From the NCBI GenBank assembly GCA_032128175.1, contig JAQBHC010000166.1, positions 1 through 55,403 on the forward strand: a stretch of 55,403 nt of DNA, given 5' to 3'. Within the stretch, counting starts at the first letter, position 1; each line of letters begins with the position of its first letter. A program made the translations under genes and the position numbers. Below the pieces are notes generated by a model. The model made no database searches and had not been told where the DNA came from. It worked only from the letters and a program-made list of their open reading frames with translations. Origin of the DNA: Chloroflexota bacterium. Lineage in GTDB: Bacteria > Chloroflexota > Limnocylindria > Limnocylindrales > CSP1-4. Below, one piece after another: positions 38,720 to 48,470 of this stretch.

Positions 38720-38759
38720 GGCCGACCTGGGCCCACGACCAACCGGTCACAATCGATCG

Positions 38760-39917
38760 ATGCGCCAGCTGTACCTCGCCGCGACCGGCCAGAACCGCGG
38801 CAAGACCACCACGTCGCTCGGCCTCCTGAACGGCTTCCTGTCTCGCGGCCTCCGCGCGGGATTCATGAAGCCGGTCGGCCAGCGCACGGTCATCGCGCAC
38901 GGCGAGCCCGCCGACGAGGACGCAGTACTGATGCGCGAAACGTTCGACCTGGCCGAGCCGTACAGCGTTATGAGTCCGGTCCACATTCCCCGCGGGTTCA
39001 CGAAGGCGTACATCGCCGGGCAGGTCGTCGATGATCTCGGGGCGCGGATCGCCCGGGCCCACGCTGCCTACCTCGACTACGACGTCCTGCTCGTCGAGGG
39101 CACCGGACACGCCGGGGTCGGGGCGGTCATCGGTCTCTCGAACGCCACGGTCGCTGCGATGCTCGGCGCACCAGCCATCATCGTCAGCGGAGGCGGCGTG
39201 GGTCGCCCGATCGACGAGATCGTCCTCAACGCCGCCCTGTTCCGTGCTCATGGCGTAACGGTCGCGGGGGCCATCGTCAACAAGGTCGACATCGACGCGC
39301 AGCCGGGGATCGCGGCGGTGATCGCGCGGGGGCTCGAGCCGTACGGGATCCCGCTGCTTGGAGCGTTGCCGCTCCGCCAAATCCTGTCCAACCCGACCCT
39401 CGAGATGGTCCTGGAGGGTGTCCGCGGCGAGGTCATCCACGACGGGCCCGACCTCGACCGCGTGATCGACGGCGTGGCCGTCGGGGCGATGGAGCCGCGC
39501 CACATGCTCGAGCGTGTCGGTCCGGGAACGCTGGTGATCGTGCCCGGCGATCGAGAGGACGTGATTCTCACGCTCACGACGGCTCATGAGATCGGGCTCG
39601 CCGGCGGAACTGCGTCGGGGGAGCTGTCCACGGGCCCCCGCAGGTCCGGCAAGAACGATGGCGAGGGGGCGGCCATCGGCCTCGTCCTGACCGGCGGATA
39701 TCGTCCCCGGCCGGCTGTCCTTGACGCGATCCGCCGGTCCGACCTGTTCGCAACCCTTGTCAACGAGGACACCTACGCCGTGGCCTCCGAGGTACATGAC
39801 CTACTCGTCAAGACGCACGTCGCAGACATCGTGAAGATCGACCTCATCAAGCAACTCGTGGAAGACAACCTCGACGTCGATCGAATCCTCGAGGTGGCCG
39901 GGCGACCCCGCGTTTGA
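38760..39917 (+). CDS. BioD-like P-loop plus DRTGG protein (phosphotransacetylase N-terminal family)
   Basis: NRGKTT, FMKPVG, LVEGTGH, IVNKV, VIVPGDREDV, LVLTGG; no Pta catalytic domain. Confidence 0.88.
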   Translation: MRQLYLAATGQNRGKTTTSLGLLNGFLSRGLRAGFMKPVGQRTVIAHGEPADEDAVLMRETFDLAEPYSVMSPVHIPRGFTKAYIAGQVVDDLGARIARAHAAYLDYDVLLVEGTGHAGVGAVIGLSNATVAAMLGAPAIIVSGGGVGRPIDEIVLNAALFRAHGVTVAGAIVNKVDIDAQPGIAAVIARGLEPYGIPLLGALPLRQILSNPTLEMVLEGVRGEVIHDGPDLDRVIDGVAVGAMEPRHMLERVGPGTLVIVPGDREDVILTLTTAHEIGLAGGTASGELSTGPRRSGKNDGEGAAIGLVLTGGYRPRPAVLDAIRRSDLFATLVNEDTYAVASEVHDLLVKTHVADIVKIDLIKQLVEDNLDVDRILEVAGRPRV

Positions 39918-39978
39918 TCAGCCTGCAGCTGGCGGGCTGTCGGCAGCCCGCCAGGCCCCGTGTCGGCCCCGAGCCGCG

Positions 39979-40818
39979 TCAGCCGAGCAGTTCGTTATCG
40001 ATCAGGCGAGTGCTACCGAACCGGACGGCCAGCGACAGCAGCGTCGGGCCGGCAACGCGGTCGAGTTCGATCAGCGTGTCGGCATCGGCGCACGAGACGT
40101 AATCGACGTCCGCCAGCGGCGTCTTGGCCAGAACCTCGGACATCAGTGACCGAAGGGTGTCGCCAGATCGCTCCCCTCGCTGCCAGGCGACACGCGCTTG
40201 CGCCAAGGCGCGATGGAGGACCGGTGCGGCGGCACGTTCGGTTGGGGTCAGGTGCTCGTTCCGGGACGACATCGCCAGTCCGTCGTGTTCGCGGACGGTC
40301 GGGCAGGCCACGACCTCGGTGGGAATCGCCAGGTCGATCGCCATGTGTCGAATGACGGCGATCTGCTGCGCGTCCTTCTGCCCGAAGTAGGCTCGTTCGG
40401 CACGGACCAGCCCGAACAGGATCGCGACCACCGTGACGACGCCTTCGAAGTGCCCGGGCCGGGCCCGGCCCTCGAGCGGCTGCGCGATGGCGCCAACAGA
40501 GACGGTGGAATCGAATCCGGCCGGATAGATCTCATCGACACTGGGCGCGAACACGACGTCCACACCCTCGGCTTCACAGACGGCCACGTCACGGGCCTCA
40601 TTGCGCGGGTATTGGGCGAGGTCGGCGGGTGCGCCGAACTGGCGCGGGTTGACGAAGATCGAGACGACGCTCGTCTGATTCTCGGCGCGGGCCCGCCGGA
40701 TCAGCGCGCGGTGGCCCTCGTGGAGCCAGCCCATCGTCGGCACCAGGCCGACGGGGCGCGGACGATCATTCAGGACACCGCGGAGCGCCTCCCGGGTGCG
40801 AACAACGCTCGTGGCCAA
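39979..40818 (-). CDS. panC: Pantoate-beta-alanine ligase
   Basis: PTMGWLHEGH, SIFVNPRQF, RPGHFEGV, FGQKDAQQ, GLAMSSRN, RLIDN; TTG start inferred. Confidence 0.96.
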   Translation of the reverse strand: MATSVVRTREALRGVLNDRPRPVGLVPTMGWLHEGHRALIRRARAENQTSVVSIFVNPRQFGAPADLAQYPRNEARDVAVCEAEGVDVVFAPSVDEIYPAGFDSTVSVGAIAQPLEGRARPGHFEGVVTVVAILFGLVRAERAYFGQKDAQQIAVIRHMAIDLAIPTEVVACPTVREHDGLAMSSRNEHLTPTERAAAPVLHRALAQARVAWQRGERSGDTLRSLMSEVLAKTPLADVDYVSCADADTLIELDRVAGPTLLSLAVRFGSTRLIDNELLG

Positions 40819-40822
40819 GCGG

Positions 40823-41758
40823 TCAGAGATCGCGGTCGAGCGGGATCCCGGCGCCGAGATGCACATCCACCGAGCGCGCCGCGCCTGTGGCACGGTCGTC
40901 GTCGGTCCGACCGAGCACCTCGTCCAGGGTCTGCTCGTCCATGCGCACGGTCTCCGCGGGCCCCGGGAACGTCCCGGCGATGACGTCAGCTGCCCACGCT
41001 TCGGCGGCCGCGCGAATGGTGCCCTGAAGGTCCGCGTACTTCCGCGCATGGCGCGGAGAGAAGTCGCCGAGCCCGAGGACGTCGGTGATGACCTGGACCT
41101 GGCCACTGCAGCCGGGGCCGGCGCCGATCCCGATCGTCGGGATCCTCAGGCGCGAGGTGATCGTCGCGGCGAGTTGCTCGGGGACGAGCTCCAGGACCAT
41201 CGAGAACGCACCAGCCTCCTGGATGGAGACGGCATCCGCGAGCAGCGCGCGAGCGGTGTCCCGGCTCTTGCCCTGGACGCGGACCTTGCCGCCCATGCCG
41301 TGCTCCGACTGCGGCGTCCAGCCGATATGGCCCATAACGGGGATACCCGCCCGAACGAGCGCCTCGACGGTGCGCGCCGAGCGCACGCCGCCTTCGATCT
41401 TGACCGCGGTCGCTCCGGCTTCGCGCAGGAAACGGCCAGCGTTTTCGACGGCCTCATCGACGTTCGAGTAGGACAGGAACGGCATGTCCCCGATGACCAG
41501 CGCGCGCCTCGAACCGCGAACGACGGCCGCCGTGTGATGGAGCATCTCGGTCATCGTGACCCGAACGGTGGAGTCATAGCCGAGGAGGACCTGCCCGACC
41601 GAATCGCCGACCAGGAGCATCGGAATGCCGGCGTCGTCAAGGATCCGCGCTGTGGGGTAGTCGTAGGCGGTGAGCATGGGCAGCCGCTCACCGTCGGCGT
41701 ACATGCGGAGGACGTCCGCGACCGTCAGGCGGCGGAGGGAGTCGTCGGACGCAGTCAT
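40823..41758 (-). CDS. panB: 3-methyl-2-oxobutanoate hydroxymethyltransferase
   Basis: MLTAYD, LLVGDS, GDMPF, VKIEGG, GHIG.TPQ, TIGIGAG. Confidence 0.97.
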   Translation of the reverse strand: MTASDDSLRRLTVADVLRMYADGERLPMLTAYDYPTARILDDAGIPMLLVGDSVGQVLLGYDSTVRVTMTEMLHHTAAVVRGSRRALVIGDMPFLSYSNVDEAVENAGRFLREAGATAVKIEGGVRSARTVEALVRAGIPVMGHIGWTPQSEHGMGGKVRVQGKSRDTARALLADAVSIQEAGAFSMVLELVPEQLAATITSRLRIPTIGIGAGPGCSGQVQVITDVLGLGDFSPRHARKYADLQGTIRAAAEAWAADVIAGTFPGPAETVRMDEQTLDEVLGRTDDDRATGAARSVDVHLGAGIPLDRDL

Positions 41759-43182
41759 CGAGTTGGCTCGTGCATGCCGGCAGTCTGCACTCCTCCGGCA
41801 CGAGCGTCCAACGCTGCGGCCACGCGATCGAGGAGTCGGTCGGCGACGTCCCGCTTCGAGAGCATCGGCAGCGCCTGCTCGCCGCCGTCGGCGTCGTAGA
41901 TGACGACGCGGTTGGTGTCGACCCCGAACCCGGACCCAGGCTCGCTTACATCGTTGGCCACCAGCAGGTCGACCCGCTTGCTGCGCAGCTTGTCTGCAGC
42001 ACGCTCCAGCGTTCCAGTCTCGGCGGCAAACCCAACCAGTACAGGCCGCGGCTCGAGCGTCTTGCCTATGGCGGCGCCGCCACTGTCGATTTCATGGACC
42101 ATCCGGGCGACCTCGGCGAGAAGATCGGGCGTCGGTTCGAGTTCGAGCGTGAGCCCCATTTCTCGACCGAGCTTCGCGCCGGCCGGCCGTGTCGGCGTGA
42201 AGTCGCTCACGGCGGCCACCATGACGAGGGCATCGAACCGGGCCGGGGATGTAGCACCGGGGCCGTGAGCGGCAAAGAGCACGTCGTGCAGGGCGGCACG
42301 GAGCTCGGCGGCCGTCTCGACGCGGATGACCCGCGCCCGCTCGTCCGGGAGCGGCACGCTGACGTCGGCGGCGACGATGGTGACCGACGCGCCGCGGGCC
42401 AGGGCGGCCTCGGCGACGGCGACCCCCATCCTGCCGGTCGAGCGATTACCGATGTAGCGCACCGGGTCGATGGGCTCCCGGGTCCCGCCTGCGGTCACGA
42501 CGATGTGCCGGCCGACGAGGTCGGCTTCGCGGACCGGTTCGACCGCCAGCGGCGGCCGTGCGGCCAGATCCGGCTGGCGGATCGCAAATCCGCTCGTTGC
42601 GGCGACGACGGCGTCCACGATTCCCGGCAGCTCCGCCAGGCGACCGACGCCTGACTGCCTCGACGCGAGCGGTCCCGAATCGGGCGCAACGACGGTATAT
42701 CCGAAGTCCTCGACCAGGCGACGCACATTTCGGCGCGTTGCCGGGTGCGTCCACATGTCGCCGTCCATCGCGGGCGCCACGATCACCGGGGCCGAAGTCG
42801 CCAGGCAGGCCGCGGTGACCACGTCACCTGCGAGTCCGTTGGCCATTGCCCCGAGCCAGTGTGCCGTCGCGGGTGCCACGACGATCGCGTCGGCCGCGTC
42901 GGCCGTGACGATGTGCCCGATTCGGCCATCCGGCAAGAGCTCCATGAGGTCGGTCTCGACCGGGTGGCGCGACAGGGCCTCGAAGGTCAGCGGGCCGACG
43001 AAACGAGTCGCCGACGGCGAAAGCAGCACGACCACATCCGCGCCTTCGCCGGTAAGGAGGCGCAGCAGCTCGACGGCCTTGTAGGCCGCAATCGAGCCCG
43101 TGACCCCGAGCGCGATGAGCCGCCCATCCAGCCGACCGGGCTGAACCTGCTCCCGCGCCGCGTGGACTTCAGGTTGACTCAT
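41755..43182 (-). CDS. coaBC: Bifunctional phosphopantothenoylcysteine decarboxylase/ligase
   Basis: GVTGSIAAYK, APAM, TAGGTREPIDPVRYIGNRSTG, AAVSDF, GFAAET, ANDV; ATG 43182 overlaps the coaX stop. Confidence 0.96.
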   Translation of the reverse strand: MSQPEVHAAREQVQPGRLDGRLIALGVTGSIAAYKAVELLRLLTGEGADVVVLLSPSATRFVGPLTFEALSRHPVETDLMELLPDGRIGHIVTADAADAIVVAPATAHWLGAMANGLAGDVVTAACLATSAPVIVAPAMDGDMWTHPATRRNVRRLVEDFGYTVVAPDSGPLASRQSGVGRLAELPGIVDAVVAATSGFAIRQPDLAARPPLAVEPVREADLVGRHIVVTAGGTREPIDPVRYIGNRSTGRMGVAVAEAALARGASVTIVAADVSVPLPDERARVIRVETAAELRAALHDVLFAAHGPGATSPARFDALVMVAAVSDFTPTRPAGAKLGREMGLTLELEPTPDLLAEVARMVHEIDSGGAAIGKTLEPRPVLVGFAAETGTLERAADKLRSKRVDLLVANDVSEPGSGFGVDTNRVVIYDADGGEQALPMLSKRDVADRLLDRVAAALDARAGGVQTAGMHEPTR

Positions 43183-43991
43183 CGCGGGCCGACAGCCACC
43201 GGCTCGCCTCCGGCGATCTCGGCGTGAAGGATTGCCAGGCCCTTGAGCGTCAGGTCGGGATCGATGGCATCGACGCCCTCGATCGCCGAGATCCATGGCG
43301 CGGCGCTGAGGCCACCGGTAAGGATCACCTTGACCTCACCGGGAGCGACGCCCGCCTCATCGGCCAACTCATGCCGGACCCGGCCGATGAGTCCGGAGGC
43401 AAGCGCCTGGTAGCCGAGAACCACGCCGGATTGCATCGCCGACACGGTATCGCGGCCGATGGCCCGGTCCGGCGTCCGCAGGTCGATCCGGGGGAGCTGG
43501 GACGTGCCCGCGGCGAGCGCATCGAGGCCAAGTTGCAGTCCGGGCGCGATCGCCCCACCAATGAATGCGCCATCAGCCGCAATCGCGTCGACGGTGGTCG
43601 CCGTGCCGAAATCCGCCACGACGGCAGGGGTGCCGTGGAGCCGCGCCGCGGCAAGGGCATTGACCAGGCGATCCGCGCCGACTTCGTCCGGCCGGTCAAC
43701 GCGAACAGGGATCGGCATCGTCCCGGCGGTGGCCACCAGCAGGGGCCGATCTCGCCGCTCCGCCACGTCATTGAGGCGCGACGTCAGGGTCGGGACGACC
43801 GATGCGGCCGTGATCGCCCCGATGTCCGCGAAGGTTAGCCCACCCAGGCCGAGGAGCTCCTCGAGGAGGACCTCCAGCTCGTCCGTTGTCGCCTCAACAG
43901 ACGTCGCAGCCCGCCGTGTTCCCAGCAGGGCGCCGTGGCGGAACCAGCCGAGCGTGATGTTCGTGTTGCCGATGTCGAGGGCGAGGAGCAT
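43179..43991 (-). CDS. coaX: Type III pantothenate kinase
   Basis: LLALDIGNTN, VGADR, DFGTATT, GGAIAPG, LTGG, LTLKGL; TATGAT 6 nt before ATG 43991. Confidence 0.96.
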   Translation of the reverse strand: MLLALDIGNTNITLGWFRHGALLGTRRAATSVEATTDELEVLLEELLGLGGLTFADIGAITAASVVPTLTSRLNDVAERRDRPLLVATAGTMPIPVRVDRPDEVGADRLVNALAAARLHGTPAVVADFGTATTVDAIAADGAFIGGAIAPGLQLGLDALAAGTSQLPRIDLRTPDRAIGRDTVSAMQSGVVLGYQALASGLIGRVRHELADEAGVAPGEVKVILTGGLSAAPWISAIEGVDAIDPDLTLKGLAILHAEIAGGEPVAVGPR

Positions 43992-44134
43992 GGCGGGATC
44001 ATACCCGCGCCCGCCGACGCTCCAGCCCCCGTCAGCGGATGAACCTGCGAGGCCGGACTGTTCTGGGCGCCGACCATGGGGTACCATCGGACTCGTTCCG
44101 TCCGCCCCGGTGCCCACCCGGAAGGAGCCGTCCC

Positions 44135-44566
44135 GTGTCGAGCGAGCCACCGGCGAAGTTCTTCGTCAATGACGGCGTCGTGTCCACCCGCGAGGACATG
44201 CTCAACCTGCTGCGTCCCCTCCTCAAGCAGACGGTCTCCTATCGCTATTTCCGAAGCCGCGAGCTGGTTTCACATGGAACAGGCTGGGTCGAGCGGATCG
44301 TCGTCGACGAGCCAGAGGTCTCGACGTTCTTCACCCCGATCGCAGTGACACTCAATGTCGACTCGTTCGAGCACCTCGAGTTCGAGACGCGCCCGGATCA
44401 GCTGCTGGTGTACACCCTTGTTCAGGGTGACGAGCGAGTGGTCGTTGAGTTTTCGCCGCTAGCGGATGCCGCGGGGCGGTCGCCGTTTGAGCCTCAGCAG
44501 CTCGCGTTCGACACGTCCGGGTTTGTTCAGATGGAGCTCCTGGGCCTCGAATCCGCCGAGGACTGA
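44135..44566 (+). CDS. Hypothetical protein (143 aa)
   Basis: AAGGAG before GTG 44135; -10-like TACCAT at 44082-44087; divergent from coaX. Confidence 0.7.
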   Translation: MSSEPPAKFFVNDGVVSTREDMLNLLRPLLKQTVSYRYFRSRELVSHGTGWVERIVVDEPEVSTFFTPIAVTLNVDSFEHLEFETRPDQLLVYTLVQGDERVVVEFSPLADAAGRSPFEPQQLAFDTSGFVQMELLGLESAED

Positions 44567-44615
44567 GCGCCCTCGATTCGCCTGAATTGGGAGGCGAAAC
44601 CTGTAATTTGACCCG

Positions 44616-44849
44616 TTGACAGCCCAGCAGGCGCGCTACCATCCACGCATTGCTCCCGACGCGGGCGTCCCAGCACGGCGGCAGTCGCCATCCCGCCAGC
44701 GCGGCGATGTCGAAAGGTCTTGAGGGAAGACCTCGGCCGACGGATGGGAGTCAGCGAAAGGTGCGCCTGGGGTCCCGCTGGACTCCAGTCGGCGCTGACC
44801 GTCCCCTGGCGGGCCGGTGCGCCAGAAGGGAAGGGAGGGTCCTCAGCGC
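44616..44849 (+). promoter_or_regulatory. Promoter (TTGACA/TACCAT) and about 200-nt structured 5' leader of the NCS2 permease; riboswitch candidate
   Basis: TTGACA 44616-44621, TACCAT 44637-44642 (short 15-nt spacer); several stems visible; no clean match to a riboswitch class by eye. Confidence 0.45.
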
Positions 44850-46184
44850 GTGGACGCAGTTGCGCGGTACTTTCAGTTCGCAGAACGGGGCACCAGCCTC
44901 GTCACGGAGGCAAGAGCAGGCCTGACCACGTTCATGGTCATGGCCTACATCATCTTCCTCAATCCAGCCATCCTGACCGCCGGATTCGGTGATACGGATC
45001 CGGCATTCAACGCTGTGTCGCTGGCGTCTGCCACGGCGCTGATCGCGGGTATCCTGACCATCGCCATGGGCATCGTGGGCAAGTACCCGTTCGCTCTGGC
45101 CGCTGGCCTGGGCCTCAACGGAATCGTTGCCTTCGGTCTCACGGCACGTGGTCTCACCCCGGCCGAGGCCATGGGCGTGATCGTGATCGAGGGCCTCATC
45201 GTGACGGTCCTCGTGCTTGTTGGCCTTCGTGAGGCCATCATGGCCGCGGTTCCGCTCTCCCTGAAGCGAGCCATCGGCGTCGGCATCGGCCTGTTCATCC
45301 TGTTCATCGGGCTTGCCAACGGGGGCATGGTCGTCGCGGGCGCCGGGACGCTCGTCACGATCCACTTCCCGACCGAGCCCAAGGACTTCGTATTCATCCT
45401 CGGCCTTTTCATCACGATTGCCCTGTATGTGATGAAGATCAAGGGCGCCCTGATTCTGTCGATTCTCGCGACGACGGTCGTCGCCATCGCCACTGGCGTC
45501 CAGACGGTCGGCGCAAATCTGCAAAGCACGCCGGACTTTTCGACGCTTGGAAGGTTCGACGTCATGGGCGTCTGGGATCTCGGGCTCATGGTCGCAGTGC
45601 TCACAATCTTTGCGATCCTGCTGACCGACTTCTTTGACACGATGGGGACGGTAACGGCGGTCGCCGCCGAAGCCGGTCTCGCCAACGAGGATGGTTCCGT
45701 GCCGGGTGTCGGCCGGGTGCTCCTCGTCGATTCGATTGGCGCCGTGCTCGGTGGAGCGGCCGGGACGTCGTCCAACACGACCTATATCGAGAGCGCGGCG
45801 GGCGTCGCCGAGGGCGGCCGAACGGGCTTCACCTCGGTCGTGACCGGCGTCCTCTTCCTTGGCGCCGTGTTCCTGGCCCCGCTCGCCGGCCTCGTGCCGG
45901 CCGTCGCAACGGCACCGGTCCTGGTGCTCGTCGGCTACCTCATGTTCACGCTGATCAAGGACATCCCGGTCGGGGACGTCGAGGAAGGCCTTCCGGCCCT
46001 CCTGACGATGATCCTCATGCCGCTGACGTACGACATCACCGTGGGCATCGGCGCCGGCTTCATCAGTTGGGTGCTGATCCGGATCATCCGCGGCAAGGTC
46101 GGCGACATTCATCCGTTGATGTGGGTCGTCTCCGTCGCGTTCATCGTGTACTTCGCGCAGTCCTGGCTCAGTAGCCTGGTCTGA
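44850..46184 (+). CDS. NCS2-family nucleobase permease (AzgA/PbuG-like)
   Basis: E.RAGLTTFMVMAYII, GLGLN, DFFDTMGT, TTYIESAAGV.EGGRTG; GGGAGG before GTG 44850. Confidence 0.95.
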   Translation: MDAVARYFQFAERGTSLVTEARAGLTTFMVMAYIIFLNPAILTAGFGDTDPAFNAVSLASATALIAGILTIAMGIVGKYPFALAAGLGLNGIVAFGLTARGLTPAEAMGVIVIEGLIVTVLVLVGLREAIMAAVPLSLKRAIGVGIGLFILFIGLANGGMVVAGAGTLVTIHFPTEPKDFVFILGLFITIALYVMKIKGALILSILATTVVAIATGVQTVGANLQSTPDFSTLGRFDVMGVWDLGLMVAVLTIFAILLTDFFDTMGTVTAVAAEAGLANEDGSVPGVGRVLLVDSIGAVLGGAAGTSSNTTYIESAAGVAEGGRTGFTSVVTGVLFLGAVFLAPLAGLVPAVATAPVLVLVGYLMFTLIKDIPVGDVEEGLPALLTMILMPLTYDITVGIGAGFISWVLIRIIRGKVGDIHPLMWVVSVAFIVYFAQSWLSSLV

Positions 46185-46197
46185 TCGGCGCTTCGTC

Positions 46198-46228
46198 ACG
46201 GCCGGCGTCCTTCGGGCGCCGGCCGTTT
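46198..46228 (+). terminator. Intrinsic terminator after the NCS2 permease
   Basis: Stem ACGGCCGGCGTCC/GGGCGCCGGCCGT (one G-U) ending in a short T run. Confidence 0.7.
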
Positions 46229-46288
46229 CGATTAAGGACAAGTCCAGCCCGCCGTCGAGGGCAACGGCAAGCGGGTACCATCGGGCAG

Positions 46289-47557
46289 ATGTTCGAACGG
46301 ACAACTCTGGCCCAGGGGCCGCGGGTGATCACGGCCTCTCTCCCAGGTTCACGCTCGCTGTCGGTGGCCGCCTATGTGCTCGCCGGCTCGCGCAGCGAGA
46401 CGGAAGGTCAGATCGGCGTGGCGCACTTTCTGGAGCACCTCACGTTCAAGGGCACGGCTGCTTACCCGTCGACGCGCGCGCTCGGCGAGGCGATCGAGGG
46501 CGTCGGCGGATCGTTCAATGCGGCAACGGACCGCGAGTCGACCGTCTACTGGACCCGCGTGCCGCGGCGCGAATCGAGGCGGGCGCTCGACGTGGTTGGT
46601 GAGTTGATCTGCCGCCCCGGACTGGATGAGGCTGAAATCGATCGGGAGCGAGACGTCATCGTCGAAGAGATCCGTGGCTACCTCGACGATCCGGCCGAGT
46701 ACTGCCAGATCTTGTTCCAGCGGGCGATGTACGGCACCGGTCCGCTCGGGCGCGAGATCTGCGGTGACGAAGCGGATATTCGCAGCCTCGCGCCGTCCCA
46801 GATCCGCGCGTTCTGGGCGGCGAACTATCGTCCGGCGAACACGGTCATCGCGATTGCCGGCGACATTCCGCACGCCGACGCGGTCGGCCTGGTCGAGCAG
46901 GCGTTCGGGCGCGGGGATGGGAGTCCCTCGGAATACGAAGCGGCCCCGGATCTCCCGGCAGGGGAGCGTGTCCTGGTCGGCCGCCGGGCCAACACGCAGG
47001 CACAGCTCACCGTTGGCGTACCGGCGCTGCAGCGCGATCATCCCGATGCCTGGACCCTGGCCGTGCTGAATGCGGCGCTCGGTGACGGGATGAGCAGCCG
47101 CCTCTACCTCTCGCTCGTCGATCGGGATGCCCTCGCCTACGACGTAAGTTCGGGGCTCGTCGAGTACGCCGACAGCGGGGCGCTTGAGATCAGCGCTGGT
47201 GTCGATCCGGCCCGGCTGCCCGGGGCACTGGACGCGATCCTCTTGGAGCTGGCCCGACTTCGGGACGCGCTGATCTCGGACGCGGAGCTGGCCAAGACCA
47301 AGGCGTACCTGTCTGGCGGGCTGGAACTTCGAATGGATGAAACACGCCACCTCGCGTCATGGGTGGGCGGGCAGGAGGCTCTCCACGATCGCGTCCTGAC
47401 ACTGGACCAGGCGCTCGACGCGGTCGCCGCAGTGACGCCAGATGACATCCAGCGGCTGGCGGCCACGCTCTTTCGTGACGATCTCCTCCGGCTCGCGGTT
47501 GTGGCGCCGGCTCGATACCTGCGCGGCCTCGAGCCGCACCTGAGGCTCCCGGCATGA
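46289..47557 (+). CDS. M16-family (pitrilysin-like) zinc peptidase
   Basis: HFLEH inverted zincin motif, FKGT, NAAT, IVEEI, LGDGMSSRL; TACCAT 7 nt before ATG. Confidence 0.93.
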   Translation: MFERTTLAQGPRVITASLPGSRSLSVAAYVLAGSRSETEGQIGVAHFLEHLTFKGTAAYPSTRALGEAIEGVGGSFNAATDRESTVYWTRVPRRESRRALDVVGELICRPGLDEAEIDRERDVIVEEIRGYLDDPAEYCQILFQRAMYGTGPLGREICGDEADIRSLAPSQIRAFWAANYRPANTVIAIAGDIPHADAVGLVEQAFGRGDGSPSEYEAAPDLPAGERVLVGRRANTQAQLTVGVPALQRDHPDAWTLAVLNAALGDGMSSRLYLSLVDRDALAYDVSSGLVEYADSGALEISAGVDPARLPGALDAILLELARLRDALISDAELAKTKAYLSGGLELRMDETRHLASWVGGQEALHDRVLTLDQALDAVAAVTPDDIQRLAATLFRDDLLRLAVVAPARYLRGLEPHLRLPA

Positions 47558-48357
47558 CCGCCCGGGACCTCACTGGCGACGCCGATACGTCCGCCGATCG
47601 CCGGTTGGCGTCGCTCCATCTTCGGCTCGGCGCCCTCCTGCTGGCTCGGGCGGAACTCGAATCCCTGGCCGCGCGAGAACTCCTCGGGCCCGCCGGGCTC
47701 GCCGACCTGGCCGAGGCACGCTGGCGGACGGGCGAACTCGCGCAGGCCGCGGAGGCGGCAGCGGCTCACCTGGTAGCCGGCGGCGACCAGCCCGTGGCTC
47801 GCGTGATCCTGGCCGAGGCAGAGGCGGCCAACGGGCACACCGCGGAGTCGCGAGCGCACGTGGCGGCGCTGCGGGCCACGCCGGGGGACGCGCTCGTGGC
47901 CATCTTCGCCGGGATGCCACAGCGCGCCATCTGGCCATCGGAGGTGGCGCTGGCGGGCTCATCGGGCAGGGCACCAGCGACCGGCGAGTCGCCGCCCGAG
48001 GCTGGATCGAAACCCCGCGGTCGAGCTGGTCGTGGTCGTGCTGACCAGCGCTCGCCATCGCGGTCGGCCAGCCAGACACTTCCGCAGCCGGCCGATCTCG
48101 TTCCCCAGGCGCTCGAAGACATGCGCAGCGGCGATCCCGAACGAATGGTCGTGGGCCTCGCCCGGCTCGGGCTGGCGCTGCGGCTGGACCCGAATCTGGC
48201 GCCCGCTGTCATCGACGCCCTGAGCCGCCGCCGCGAGCCCGCCGCACTGCTCGTGCGCGGGGATGCCTACCGGATCCTTGGCCGTCTGCTGGAGTCGGAG
48301 GCGGCCTATGCCGCTGCGGCTGCTGCACTGGATCGCCCGGCACCGAAAGGCCGATGA
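47554..48357 (+). CDS. Hypothetical helical (TPR-like) protein
   Basis: Ala/Leu-rich helical segments such as LAEARWRTGELAQA and LVRGDAYRILGRLLES; ATGA overlap with the M16 gene. Confidence 0.6.
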   Translation: MTARDLTGDADTSADRRLASLHLRLGALLLARAELESLAARELLGPAGLADLAEARWRTGELAQAAEAAAAHLVAGGDQPVARVILAEAEAANGHTAESRAHVAALRATPGDALVAIFAGMPQRAIWPSEVALAGSSGRAPATGESPPEAGSKPRGRAGRGRADQRSPSRSASQTLPQPADLVPQALEDMRSGDPERMVVGLARLGLALRLDPNLAPAVIDALSRRREPAALLVRGDAYRILGRLLESEAAYAAAAAALDRPAPKGR

Positions 48358-48470
48358 GCCACGGTGGGGGTCATTCGGCACGGGCGAGGATCTGTACGGC
48401 CCCCGATGCGTGACGAAATGGGATCAACGCGGCACCATGTAGTGCCACCAGCCATGTTCGCGGAGGAATC

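Noticed and set aside
38760-39917. Truncated pta pseudogene
   Set aside because: Stand-alone BioD-like/DRTGG proteins are a known family, and the ORF is intact.
42630-42780. CoaBC lacking the canonical clamp Cys (LASRQSGVGR) and with PAMD
   Set aside because: Cys-less variants occur in other bacterial CoaBC proteins; not evidence of inactivation.
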